Assembly (NCBI GenBank): GCA_046290465.1
Contig: JBKAGP010000001.1
Span: 320,001-384,000, forward strand
Source of the DNA: Planctomycetota bacterium
GTDB lineage: Bacteria; Planctomycetota; UBA1135; UBA2386
DNA: 64,000 nucleotides
Direction: 5' to 3'
Of this stretch, positions 38,176 to 49,858 are shown in pieces. The notes beneath the pieces are model-generated. The model searched no databases. It saw nothing but the letters and a program-made list of their open reading frames with translations, and was not told the DNA's origin. Within the stretch, counting starts at the first letter, position 1; every line of letters begins with the position of its first letter. The position numbers and the translations under genes are program-made.

Positions 38176-40203
38176 ATGTTCGCACAGGCCGCCATCAAGC
38201 TAACGGGTCCCATGGACCATCTCCGCCTCGTCTGGCAGACGGGCGAGACGCTGCTCGACTCCGTCGTGTTCGACGAGGACCCCGAAGGCACGCGCTACAA
38301 CGTGCTGCTCGCCCTCCAGGAGATGGTCACCAACGTGCTCCGGCACGGGTACCAGCTCGACGAGTCGAAGCCGATCGAAGTCGTGTTCCAGCTGACCGAG
38401 GACCAGCTGCAGATCGAACTTCGCGACCAGGGGCCGGAGTTCGACCCGCTGGCCTACGCGGACGACGACGACAGCGAGTTCGACATGGGCATGCCGAGCG
38501 AGGCGGGTGGCTACGGCATCCGCATCGCGCGCATGGTGATGGACGACGTCGAGTACCTCCGCACCGACGGCTGGAACTGCCTGCGTCTGACCAAGTGTGT
38601 GCGCGTCATCGCGAACACCAGAGGCATCCGTGTCGCTGCACCCGGACTCCAACGAACTGCTGAAGGCGATCCCCGTCGCGCTCGAGGGGTCTCCGTGCAC
38701 GTGCTCGACGAAGCCGGCGCGTGGGCCGACTCGTACGGCGAGAAGCCGACCCGCGCCGAGCAGGTGCGCGTGTCGCTGCCGATCGGCGAACTGGTCGCCG
38801 AGGTACCGGCCGAGACGCCGGTGCACGCCCTGGTCGCATCGCTGCTGCGCGCGGTCGCCGATCGCGAGCGGCTCGAGTCCGACATGGACAGCATGAACGG
38901 CTCGGCGCTGCGCCTGCTCGAGCAGGTCTCGATGATGGGCGAAGCGCTGCCCAAGCTGTCCGCCGGCGGCGACGCGACCGAGATCGCGGCACTCGGCGTG
39001 CGCGCGTGCCACCGCGCTGCCGGCGTCGAGCGCGTCGTCTACCTGGCCGGCAACCCGACCAAGGAATACTGCGAGGTCGTCGTGCACGACGCGGGCGAGC
39101 AGGCCCGCACCGACGACGTCGACCTCGACCCGGTGCAGCCGGTCGAAGGCCTGCTGCGCGAGATCCTCGCGGCCGAGACGGTCGTGCTGCGCAGCGTGCC
39201 CGACGGCGGCCACCTGGGCGAACCCGGTTCGGTCGAGCACCTCGCCAGCCGCCAGGTGCTCGGCGTGCCGGTCACCTACGGCTCCGGCGACAAGCGCGTG
39301 ATCCTCGGCGCCCTGGTGCTGATCGACCGCGCCAGCTCGTTCGGCAACGAGGCGAACGCGTTCGAGGCCGAGCTCGGCAACGAGGAAGGCCAGGTCGCGG
39401 AGTCGTTCGCGGCGATGCTGGGGGCGGTGCTCGGCGCGCGCAAGGTCGCCGAACTCGGCAAGGAGCTGAGCATGGCGCAGACCATCCAGCAGCAGATCCT
39501 GCCCGAGGGCCCGGTCGAGCTGGACGGCTTCGACGTCGCGGCCGGCTACTTCGCCTGCGGCGCGGTAGGCGGCGACTACTTCGACTACGTCCCGCTCGCC
39601 GACGGCCGCACGATGGTCGTGGTCGCCGACGTTTCGGGGCACAACCTCGCCTCGGGCATGGTGATGGTCGGCGCGCGCGCGATGCTGCGCACGCTGGCGA
39701 CCGTGCTCGACGCGCCGGAGCAGGTGTTCTCGCAGGTCGCCCAGCGCATGCACCAGGACCTGACGCGCACCGAGCGGTTCCTGACCGCGGCGGCGGTCGC
39801 GCTGCGCCCCAACGGCCGCGCGGTCGACTACGTCAGCGCCGGCCACAACGATCTGATGGTCTACCGCGCCGCGACCGACTCGGTCGAGCGCCTCGAGAGC
39901 GAGGACGTGATCCTCGGCTTCCTGCCCGATCCGGACTACCAGGTGCGCCAACTCGTGCTCGAGCCCGGCGACTGCATCCTGCTCTACACCGACGGGATTC
40001 CCGAAGCGATCGACCAGAACGAAGAGATGTTCGGAGAGGACCGCCTGTCGGCCCTGTTCGCGCAGCTCGCGCCCAACCGCACAGCGCAGCGCATCCTCGA
40101 CGGGATCGTCGCCGAACTCGACCGCTTCCGCCGCGGTCAGGTCGGCACCGACGATGTCACCGCCGTGGTGATCCGCTGCACGGACGAAGGAGCCCTGCGA
40201 TGA
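38176..40203 (+). CDS. Apparent fusion of RsbW-like anti-sigma kinase and GAF/SpoIIE (PP2C) phosphatase; probably two genes (38176-~38622 and 38630-40203)
   Basis: EMVTNVLRHG, D.G..FDP, GGYGI (HATPase_c_2); VGGDYFD, VADVSGH, SAGH, YTDGI.EA, DDVT (SpoIIE); junction codon usage favours the +1 frame. Confidence 0.8.
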   Translation: MFAQAAIKLTGPMDHLRLVWQTGETLLDSVVFDEDPEGTRYNVLLALQEMVTNVLRHGYQLDESKPIEVVFQLTEDQLQIELRDQGPEFDPLAYADDDDSEFDMGMPSEAGGYGIRIARMVMDDVEYLRTDGWNCLRLTKCVRVIANTRGIRVAAPGLQRTAEGDPRRARGVSVHVLDEAGAWADSYGEKPTRAEQVRVSLPIGELVAEVPAETPVHALVASLLRAVADRERLESDMDSMNGSALRLLEQVSMMGEALPKLSAGGDATEIAALGVRACHRAAGVERVVYLAGNPTKEYCEVVVHDAGEQARTDDVDLDPVQPVEGLLREILAAETVVLRSVPDGGHLGEPGSVEHLASRQVLGVPVTYGSGDKRVILGALVLIDRASSFGNEANAFEAELGNEEGQVAESFAAMLGAVLGARKVAELGKELSMAQTIQQQILPEGPVELDGFDVAAGYFACGAVGGDYFDYVPLADGRTMVVVADVSGHNLASGMVMVGARAMLRTLATVLDAPEQVFSQVAQRMHQDLTRTERFLTAAAVALRPNGRAVDYVSAGHNDLMVYRAATDSVERLESEDVILGFLPDPDYQVRQLVLEPGDCILLYTDGIPEAIDQNEEMFGEDRLSALFAQLAPNRTAQRILDGIVAELDRFRRGQVGTDDVTAVVIRCTDEGALR

Positions 40204-40571
40204 GTCAGCCCAAGATCCTGGTCGTCGACGACGAGCCGTTCATCTGTCGTTCGCTGACCTTCGTGCTGAAGAAGGGCAACTACGACGTGCTCGAGGCGCG
40301 CAATGGCGAAGAGGCGCTGACCGCGATCCGCGAACACAAGCCGGACCTGGTGTTCCTCGACGTGATGATGCCGAAGATCAACGGCTTCGAGGTCACCCAG
40401 GAAGTGCGCAGCGACACGTCGCTGGACGACGTCAAGATCATCCTGCTGACCGCCAAGGGGCAGGAGTGCGACCGCGAGATCGGCAAGACGGCCGGCGCGA
40501 ACGACTACATGACCAAGCCGTTCTCGCCGAGCAAGATCCTGGACCGGGCGCGGGAGATCCTGGGGAGCTGA
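40200..40571 (+). CDS. Single-domain response regulator (CheY-like)
   Basis: ILVVDDE, LDVMMP, LLTA, MTKPFSP; ATGA overlap. Confidence 0.93.
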   Translation: MSQPKILVVDDEPFICRSLTFVLKKGNYDVLEARNGEEALTAIREHKPDLVFLDVMMPKINGFEVTQEVRSDTSLDDVKIILLTAKGQECDREIGKTAGANDYMTKPFSPSKILDRAREILGS

Positions 40572-40937
40572 CGGGGATCAGCAGGACCCGGCCATACAGC
40601 CGACTGCATTTGCAATGCAGCTTGTGTCCCTGAGGTCGGCAGGCTCGATCCGGTCAAAGGTGCTGCGGGCTGCGTGGCGCCAGGGCTTGGTGGCAGGTCC
40701 GCAGCTCGACACTCGGATCGTCGAGGCGTTCGTGCGTGACTGGGCTGAGGCCCAGCAGACCGAGGATGCTGCAGATCTGCTGGGGTCTTCCTCGCCGGGC
40801 GGTGGAAGCCGGTTTGAGCACGCTTGATCCGTGCTTGGGTCGCTCGCCGCTTCAACGGTCCTGGAGGGAGACTGCAGTCGTCAGCGTCGTGGTGGTGCCG
40901 CTGCACGCCGACTCCGCTACGTTGGAGTCGAACACGC

Positions 40938-42284
40938 ATGCTGCACTACCGAGAAGCAAGAGCGACGGAGGCTGGTTCGTTCAAGAGGCCAACGATTGGG
41001 GGCCTATGGTCACTCTGCCTGGTCCTGATCCTGGCGAGCTGCAGCAGCGGACAGCAGCTGGCGGTTTCCGTGCGGATGGGGCCGGGTAGGGCGACAGTCA
41101 GTGGTCAGGCTTCGATCGAGTGGGCACAGTCCCCGCTTGGAGACGTGATTGCCTCGGGCACGGTTGTCGTGGAGAAGGGTGTTGGCCGCGCGCCACCCCC
41201 TCCAGAGACGAACGCCTCGAGTTTGGTCTGTCGCCTGGTTGCTGGCACCTTCGACGGTCAGGCGGTGCGAACCACGTCATGGGTGAGCTTTAATCCAGCG
41301 TTCCCGCGCGTGGACTTCCATGTGGTGCGGCAAGGAGACGCCCGATCCCAGCCGGCCAAGCTGAGAGAGCAACTCCTGCTCGTCGAGTCACGGAAGCGTC
41401 GACTGACGGACGCTGAAGCGACAGCGCTGCACGCATGGTTGGCGTCCCTTGACGGCAAGCGCGCAGCCAGCATCGGCGCGGAGGCCTTGCTCGATGGTCT
41501 CGCATTGGCGGCCGTGCCGGCGGAGGGTCTCGAGGTGACCGTGGATCAGGGCGCCCTGTTCGCGTTGCTGAAACAGTGCCGGACCAAGGAGCTTGCCCCG
41601 CGGTTTGCGAGGGTCCTGGTTGCTCTGACCAACGCCAAGGGAATCGCTGTTCCCGATCCGGTCGCTGGTGTCTTCGAGCAGCTGTTCGTCCTGCGCGAAC
41701 TGGTTCCGATGTACTTGCAGGAGTGGTCGTCAGGCCGGTTTCGGACACTGGCGCAGGGCAAGCGGGTCTACTACGTGGGCGCGCCGGAGAGCGCCGTGCT
41801 CAAGGCTCTCGGTCGCGAAGGCGTGTCTCCGCTCGAGTCGGAAGCTGGATTGGCCGCCTTCCGCATGCACGGGCGTAGCTTCTCGGGGGAGGCGTTGCCG
41901 TTGTTGCTTTCGCGTTATCGTGAGTGGAAGGGGAAGGCGCAGGTGGTTGCTGAGAGCGGGGCGCCATTCGGGGGCTTGTTCGTGGTCGGTGTCGGCTTCG
42001 TGCACGGCTTCCGCTTCGAGCTTGCCCGTGCGATCGCGCACTGTCACGGTGCGACCATGAGCCCTGAGCTGGCTGCTGAGATCGAGAGCGACCTTGCGCT
42101 CGCTCGGGCCATCGGTCCTTCGCGGCAGTTGGGCGCGTTGCTGGGAGAGCGTCCGGTCGAGGAGCTGGCCCGTGCCTACCAGGAGGGAGCCTCAGGCGGC
42201 GACGCGGCTCTGGTGGAGGCTCTGATCCTTGCGGGTTGGCCGCCCATTCTGGAGAAGTTGCGGGTCGAGGCGCGTCCCAGGTAG
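40938..42284 (+). CDS. Hypothetical lipoprotein in atypical-composition patch
   Basis: Long ORF; GGAG before ATG 40938; LVLILASC lipobox-like segment; many T-ending codons. Confidence 0.5.
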   Translation: MLHYREARATEAGSFKRPTIGGLWSLCLVLILASCSSGQQLAVSVRMGPGRATVSGQASIEWAQSPLGDVIASGTVVVEKGVGRAPPPPETNASSLVCRLVAGTFDGQAVRTTSWVSFNPAFPRVDFHVVRQGDARSQPAKLREQLLLVESRKRRLTDAEATALHAWLASLDGKRAASIGAEALLDGLALAAVPAEGLEVTVDQGALFALLKQCRTKELAPRFARVLVALTNAKGIAVPDPVAGVFEQLFVLRELVPMYLQEWSSGRFRTLAQGKRVYYVGAPESAVLKALGREGVSPLESEAGLAAFRMHGRSFSGEALPLLLSRYREWKGKAQVVAESGAPFGGLFVVGVGFVHGFRFELARAIAHCHGATMSPELAAEIESDLALARAIGPSRQLGALLGERPVEELARAYQEGASGGDAALVEALILAGWPPILEKLRVEARPR

Positions 42285-42483
42285 CCGCTGCTTCAGCCGT
42301 CGGCCTGCTTGTCGAGTCGTGGTAGTGGTGATGGTTGGCAGGCGTCGCGTCCGCACTACGATCCGAACGCAGTAAGGTTGGCCCGCGGAACGCGTCGTGC
42401 CTTGCAGTGGGACGGCCAGGCTGGCGGCAGCCGCGACGACAAGGACCATGGCCCACACGATGGTGACGAGCAGGTTCCGATCC

Positions 42484-42885
42484 ATGTTGCGAGGATTCGC
42501 GGGATTCGTTGCCGGTGGCGTGGTGGGGGTGCTGTGCCTGTCGATCCTCCTCGGTGTCGTCAACCGGGACTGGCTTTGCTACCACGACATTTACGAGTGG
42601 CGCTGGAGTGTTCCGGTCGTCAGTGGCTGCGTGGGTGCTTGGCTGGCTATCCGGTCGCCAGTCCACTGCAGGATGCTGGCGTGCCTGTCGTTCGCAGCAA
42701 CCCCCGTCGTGTGTTTCGGGGTTCTCGCCTACGTCATGTTCGAGGGGTATCCAGTGCCGCGCACGACGCCATGGATCTGGTGCGCTCCGGTAGCCGTCTT
42801 CGCGTCCGGGCTGGCTGGCATCGTCGGCGCCCGACGAACGTCGCGCCGATCGCCGACCCAGCCGCTCAGCCTTCCGCCGTCTTGA
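42484..42885 (+). CDS. Hypothetical four-TM membrane protein
   Basis: Four hydrophobic segments; atypical codon usage; start may be 42460. Confidence 0.45.
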   Translation: MLRGFAGFVAGGVVGVLCLSILLGVVNRDWLCYHDIYEWRWSVPVVSGCVGAWLAIRSPVHCRMLACLSFAATPVVCFGVLAYVMFEGYPVPRTTPWIWCAPVAVFASGLAGIVGARRTSRRSPTQPLSLPPS

Positions 42886-44766
42886 ACCCGCCGAGGATCT
42901 CCCGCAGCCGCGCCACCTGGTCGGACGACTCCCGCGCGCTCGCCGCGAGCTGCTCGGCGCTGGCCGAGCTCTGCGACGCGACCTGGCCCAGCTGGCAGAC
43001 GCCGATGTTCATCTCGCTCATGCTGCTGGCCTGATCCGCGGCCGCGCCGGTCACCTGCTGCAGGCGGTCGTCGACCTGGTCGACCTGCGCCAGGATCTGC
43101 TCGAAGAACTCGCGCACCTGGTCGGCCAGCCGCGCCGTCTCGCGAGTGCGCCGGTCGGACTCCTGCATGATCGCGCTGGTGCGGCGGGCGGCGTCGGCCG
43201 AGCGCAGCGCCAGCGCGCGCACCTCCTCGGCGACCACCCCGAAGCCCTTGCCCGCGTCGCCGGCCCGCGCCGCCTCGACCGCGGCGTTCAGCGCCAGCAG
43301 GTTGGTCTGGAACGCGATCCCGTCGATCTCGTCGATGACGCCGACGACCTCGCGCGAGGACGCTTCGAGCGCCTGCATCGTGTCGGCCATCGAGGTGATC
43401 TGCTCGCGCCCTTCGCCGGCGGTCTTGCGGGTCCGACCCGACTCGTCCGCCGCGAGCCGCACGTCGTCGCAGCTGGCCTTGGAGCGGTCGGTGATGAAGG
43501 CGATGTTGGAGCTGATCTGTTCGACGCAGGCGGCCTGCTCGCAGGCGCCCGAGGCGATCGTCGCGGCGACGCTCGACAGCTGCTCCGAGCCCTCGTCGAT
43601 GCGCGCGGTGCGGGTGATCGTGTCCCGGATCACCGCCGAGATCCGCGCCGCGAACGTGTTGAAGCGCTCGGCCAGCGCGCTGAGCTCGTCGCCGTGCGAG
43701 GTGTCCATGCGTTGCGACAGGTCGCGGTCGCCGTCGGCGATCTCGGCCAGCCGCGCCGTCATCATCGCGATGCGGCGCAGGATCGAGCGCAGGATGCCGG
43801 TGCCGAGCACCAGCGCCGTCGCCGCGACGCCGAGGGTGAACAGCGCCCACAGGTTGCACGCGTGCAGCGCCTGGTCGTGTTCGTCGGCGGCGTCGGTACG
43901 CAGCTCTCCCAGCAGCCGTTCTTCGATCTCGTGCAGGCGGTCGATCCAGCGCGTCGCCGCCGCGAACACCTCGGCCGCGCTGCCGTCGAGGGTCTGCGTC
44001 GCGCGCTCGCGGGCGCGGGCTCGCCAGGACGTGAACCCGGTGAACTCGGGCCTTGCAGGGCCCGTGCCAGCAGGTCGCGCGCGTCGTCGGAGGCGAGCGC
44101 CTGGTATTCGTCGACGTAGACCTGCTGTTCGGCGACCAGTGCGACGAATCGCTCGTAGAGGCCGTCGGCGAAGCCGTCGGCGGCAAACGCGCTGGCCAGG
44201 GTCGCGCGCTCGAGGCCGGCCCGGTCCCTGGCCTGCAGGAACGACGCCAGCGCCAGCACGCGGCGCACGATCGTGCTGGTGGGGCTCTCGGCGGCCATCG
44301 CCGTGATCGCGCGCAGCAGGTCCTGGTGGATCGCGGTGTAGCGCGCCACCGCCTCGCCGCGCGCGACCGATTGGCGGTCGACCTCGCTACGCAGCTCGGC
44401 GATGGCGCGCAGGTGCTGCATGCCCGACGACACCGCGGCGGCGAATCCGTCGCCGTCGGTACGCGATGCGAGGCGTTCGACGTGTTGCCTGGCGATGGCG
44501 ATCGCCCGGTCGGTGCGTTCGCGTTGCTCGGCCAGTTCGGCCGCGAAGCGCTCGCCCCCGCTGGCCAGGAAGGCCGCCGTCCGTCCCCGTTCCTTCTGCG
44601 ACTCGTGCACGATGCTGCTCAGCGTCGCGTTGAGGTCGCAATCGCCCTGCAGGTCGGCGAGCACCTCGGCGCGGTGCCAGCTGCGGGCGAAGCCGCGCGC
44701 GCCGAGCGCGAGCAGGCCGAACAGCGGCAGGGCCAGGATGGACAGGAGCTTCCACTTGATGGTCAT
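42866..44766 (-). pseudogene. NIT-domain methyl-accepting chemotaxis protein, frameshifted near 44049 (pseudogene or assembly error)
   Basis: N-part VHESQKERG..A.FL, AGLERA (NIT); C-part HAMP and [20 protein letters not shown]; joined by adding one base. Confidence 0.85.
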
Positions 44767-45010
44767 GGACGGGCAGCGCGTGATGGCGTTACGGGAATTG
44801 CCCCAGTGGATCGACCTACGGCGTTGTGCGGCATTAGCGGCGATTGGCCCGGTACGGGGCCGTCGGGACGGGGTTGTCCCCTAGGGGTTGCGTCGAGGTG
44901 TCGACGCGGACGGCCGCTGGCTGCCGCGAGGAAGTTGCGGTCGTCGCCGAGAACGCGCGCACGATCGCCTACCGTGGGTGACGACGAGCACGGCTCGTCG
45001 AGGAGACTCC

Positions 45011-45445
45011 ATGGCAAGCAACACCTTCGTGGGCGCCGTCTGCGCCCTGCTCGTGATCCCCGCAGCGCTGATGCAGAACGGCCCCGGCCCCCAGCACGCG
45101 ACCGAGCAGCAGGATCCGCAGGCCAGCGCCCACGCGCTTGCCCGGTTCGAAGCGGTCGAACAGTTCTTCCAGCACCTGGCCGATCTGCAGAAGGCCGGCC
45201 ACGCTGCCGGCATGGCGATCGAGGACGAGGTGCGGTGGTCGCTGCGCTACGTCGACGCCGCGGTCGCCGCCGGCAAGATGACCGCCGCCGAAGCCTGCAC
45301 GGCGCATCTCGAACGCGTGCAGCGCAAGGTGCGCAGCCTGCAGAGCCTGCACGAGGCCGGCCGCGTCAGCTTCCCGGAGCTGGCCAAGGCGCGCTACCAC
45401 CTCGCCGACGCAAAGCTGCGGCTGGCGAACGCACCGCAGAAGTAG
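45011..45445 (+). CDS. Hypothetical secreted helical protein
   Basis: AGGAG RBS; N-terminal hydrophobic signal; typical codon usage. Confidence 0.6.
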   Translation: MASNTFVGAVCALLVIPAALMQNGPGPQHATEQQDPQASAHALARFEAVEQFFQHLADLQKAGHAAGMAIEDEVRWSLRYVDAAVAAGKMTAAEACTAHLERVQRKVRSLQSLHEAGRVSFPELAKARYHLADAKLRLANAPQK

Positions 45446-45458
45446 TTCGATCGCCGGC

Positions 45459-46853
45459 GTGAGTCCGACCGACGACCCCGTGCTGCGACGCGGCCCGTTC
45501 TTCGCCGTGCTGCTGCAGGGGCTGCCGCTCGCGATCGGGCTGGCTTCGCACGCCGTCATCAACCTGGTCGACCTCGCGATGGTCGGCCGGCTCGGGGACG
45601 ACGCGGTGCAGTCCGCGCACGTCGCGACGACGTGGAACTTCCTGCCGATGATCGTCGGCCAGGTCGTCTCGACGGCGCTGCTCGCGCAGCTCTCGCGGCA
45701 GCTCGGCCGCGGCGACGTCGACGGGGCCCGGCGGCGTAACGTGCGCGCGCAGGTGTTCATGGTCTGGCTCGGCCTCGCACTCGGTGTCGCGTCGGCGCTG
45801 CCGGCGGCGCTGCAGGTCGACGCGGTGGGCGTGACCGGTGCGGTGCGCAGCGAGGCGCTGCACTACCTGATCGTCAGCAACCTCGGCTGCCTGCCGATGT
45901 TCGTCATGATGCAGACGACCGCGGCGATGCGTGCCGCCGGCGAGGCGATCGCGCCGCTGTGCGTGCTGCTCGGCGCGAACGTGATCAACCTCGGCCTCGA
46001 CGTGGTGCTGCTGTTCGGCTGGCCCCAGCTCGGCATCCCGTCGGTGGGGGTGGTCGGCGCCGCCTACGCGTCGGTGGTGTCGCGTTCGATCGCCGCCGGG
46101 TTCGCGATCTGGTGGCTGCGGCGGCCGGGGCACGCGCTGCCGTGGCGGCGCGTCACGGCCGCACGCGACGGCGCCGGAGGCGACCTCGCGGTGGTCGCGC
46201 CGCTGCTGCGCGACGCGTGGCCGCAGGCGGTGCAGATCGTGCTGCGCGCGCTGGTGGTCGTGGCGTTGACCGTGATCGTGCAGCAGCACTTCGGCGACGA
46301 CGTCACCGTGTCGCTCGGCGTGACCACGCGACTCGACACGCTGGTGCTGTTCTCGTCGCTCGGCTTCGCCAGTGCCGCGACCGCCTACGCCGGCCGCGCC
46401 GTGCCCGCCGGGCTGGTCTGGCGCGCGCGCCTGGCCGGCGTCGCTGCGGCGGGGCAGTCGATGGCGTTCGGCGCGACGTTCGTCTGGTTCTACACCGCCG
46501 AGTGCGAGGTGGTGCTGCGCTGGTTCCTGCCGGAGCCGTCGCCGGTCACCGAGCACGCCACCGGCACCTACTTCGGCATCGCGGCGTGGAGCCAGGTGCT
46601 CGGCGCCGGCGCGCTGGGTGCGATCGGCGCGGTGCAGGGAGCCGGCTTCATGCGGGCGCCGATGGTCGTCGACCTGGTGGCGTTCGCGCTCGCCGGAGCG
46701 CTGCTGTGGGCGGCGGCGCAGTCCGACAGCATGCTCGCCGACTACTACTTGGTGCTGGTCGTCGGCATGGCGATCGTCGCGGTGCTGCAGCTGGCCCTGG
46801 TGCTGTTCGGCCGCTGGGCCCGGGCGGCGGCGCCCGAGGACCTGTCAGCCTGA
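45459..46853 (+). CDS. MATE family efflux transporter
   Basis: NLVD..MVGRLG, RAAGE...PL, N..LD..LLFG...G..GAAYAS; about 12 TM helices. Confidence 0.88.
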   Translation: MSPTDDPVLRRGPFFAVLLQGLPLAIGLASHAVINLVDLAMVGRLGDDAVQSAHVATTWNFLPMIVGQVVSTALLAQLSRQLGRGDVDGARRRNVRAQVFMVWLGLALGVASALPAALQVDAVGVTGAVRSEALHYLIVSNLGCLPMFVMMQTTAAMRAAGEAIAPLCVLLGANVINLGLDVVLLFGWPQLGIPSVGVVGAAYASVVSRSIAAGFAIWWLRRPGHALPWRRVTAARDGAGGDLAVVAPLLRDAWPQAVQIVLRALVVVALTVIVQQHFGDDVTVSLGVTTRLDTLVLFSSLGFASAATAYAGRAVPAGLVWRARLAGVAAAGQSMAFGATFVWFYTAECEVVLRWFLPEPSPVTEHATGTYFGIAAWSQVLGAGALGAIGAVQGAGFMRAPMVVDLVAFALAGALLWAAAQSDSMLADYYLVLVVGMAIVAVLQLALVLFGRWARAAAPEDLSA

Positions 46854-46953
46854 CAGGGGCGTTTTGGCCGGCGGCTGCCAGATTGGCGCGCCGGGACGGC
46901 CTTCGATTGCCGTAAGTCGTTGTTCCACCGTTGGTAGAACCGCGATTCCGGTT

Positions 46954-46968
46954 GGGCACGCGATTTGT
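46954..46968 (+). promoter_or_regulatory. Possible degenerate sigma54 promoter of dnaK
   Basis: GGGCAC-GCGAT-TTGT has correct spacing but two mismatches, including the conserved -12 C. Confidence 0.3.
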
Positions 46969-47065
46969 CTAGGGGGGTGCAGCGGCCCCGAGGTGCGGGG
47001 GCGCATCCCGTTGCATATCGGTCCGGTCGGCGCGCAGGCGTCGGCGCGGACGCCAGGAGTCAAGT

Positions 47066-48985
<1,920 letters not shown>

Positions 48986-49016
48986 CGTCCGCCGCGCCGG
49001 GAGCTACGCTCTCGGC

Positions 49017-49598
49017 GTGACGAACCTGCAGGCGCTGGACCGGACGTGGGGGCTCGCCTTCGGCGACGCCCGGCCGGTTCCGAGCAGCCTGCGGAGAGGC
49101 TTCGCGGACCGCTGGGTGCGGTTCTACTCGCTGCCCCGGGGCAAGCGCTACGCGGAGAGCCCTGCCGAACGGGGCGAGGTCCGTGCGCGCCACGCAGCCG
49201 TGCTCGACCAGCTGTTCGAGCCCGACGAGCCGCTGTTCGTCTTGTCCGGCTGCTACGCCGAGCACGCGGGCGAGGTCCGGCGTCCGAGGGCCTGGACCGA
49301 CGTGGATCCGGACGCGCAGCCGTGGTGCATGGTCGTGGTCGACGACAGCGACGACGATCCGTCGTTCCTGCACCTCTGGGCCAGCGCGTGCACCTGGAGG
49401 CCCGGCGCGTTCGACGGCCTGCTGGACCGCGTCGCCGAGTGGCAGATCGTCGAGGCGGCGATGGTGTCCGCGCGCAGCGGCGCGTGCTACCACCCGTACA
49501 ACGGCGGCGGCGACGTGATCCACGTCGACCGCGACCGCCGCGACGCGCTTGCCCGGCGGTTCGCGTCGTGGCGCAGCCAGCGCCTCGACGGCCTGTGA
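49017..49598 (+). CDS. DUF3885-like protein
   Basis: RWVRFYSLP..KRYAE, YHPYNGG.DV, terminal W.S...DGL. Confidence 0.7.
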   Translation: MTNLQALDRTWGLAFGDARPVPSSLRRGFADRWVRFYSLPRGKRYAESPAERGEVRARHAAVLDQLFEPDEPLFVLSGCYAEHAGEVRRPRAWTDVDPDAQPWCMVVVDDSDDDPSFLHLWASACTWRPGAFDGLLDRVAEWQIVEAAMVSARSGACYHPYNGGGDVIHVDRDRRDALARRFASWRSQRLDGL

Positions 49599-49638
49599 CC
49601 GCCTCGTGCTGCGGCAATGGTCGCGCTACGCTGCGTGC

Positions 49639-49848
49639 ATGAGTTCGGAGAACCCCACGCGGGGCGGAGGAATACTCAAGCTCCTGGGCCTGCTGTTCGC
49701 CTTCAACGCCGCTGCCCTGATCTGGGTCGGTGTGCAGCTGCAGCGTCTCAACGGCGACTACAGCACGTCGATCGTCGGCGGCGTCATGGCGGTGGTCGCG
49801 TGCGTCGTGTTCTGCGCCGGCATCGTCGCCGGCAACCGCGACAGGTAG
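49639..49848 (+). CDS. Small two-TM protein (69 aa)
   Basis: Two hydrophobic helices; TACGCT-N6-ATG; typical codons. Confidence 0.6.
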   Translation: MSSENPTRGGGILKLLGLLFAFNAAALIWVGVQLQRLNGDYSTSIVGGVMAVVACVVFCAGIVAGNRDR

Positions 49849-49858
49849 CCCGTCCGCG

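Noticed and set aside
40615..40827. 70-aa ORF at the start of the second atypical patch
   Set aside because: TTG start, no RBS or recognisable motif, competing overlapping frames; cannot be supported as a gene
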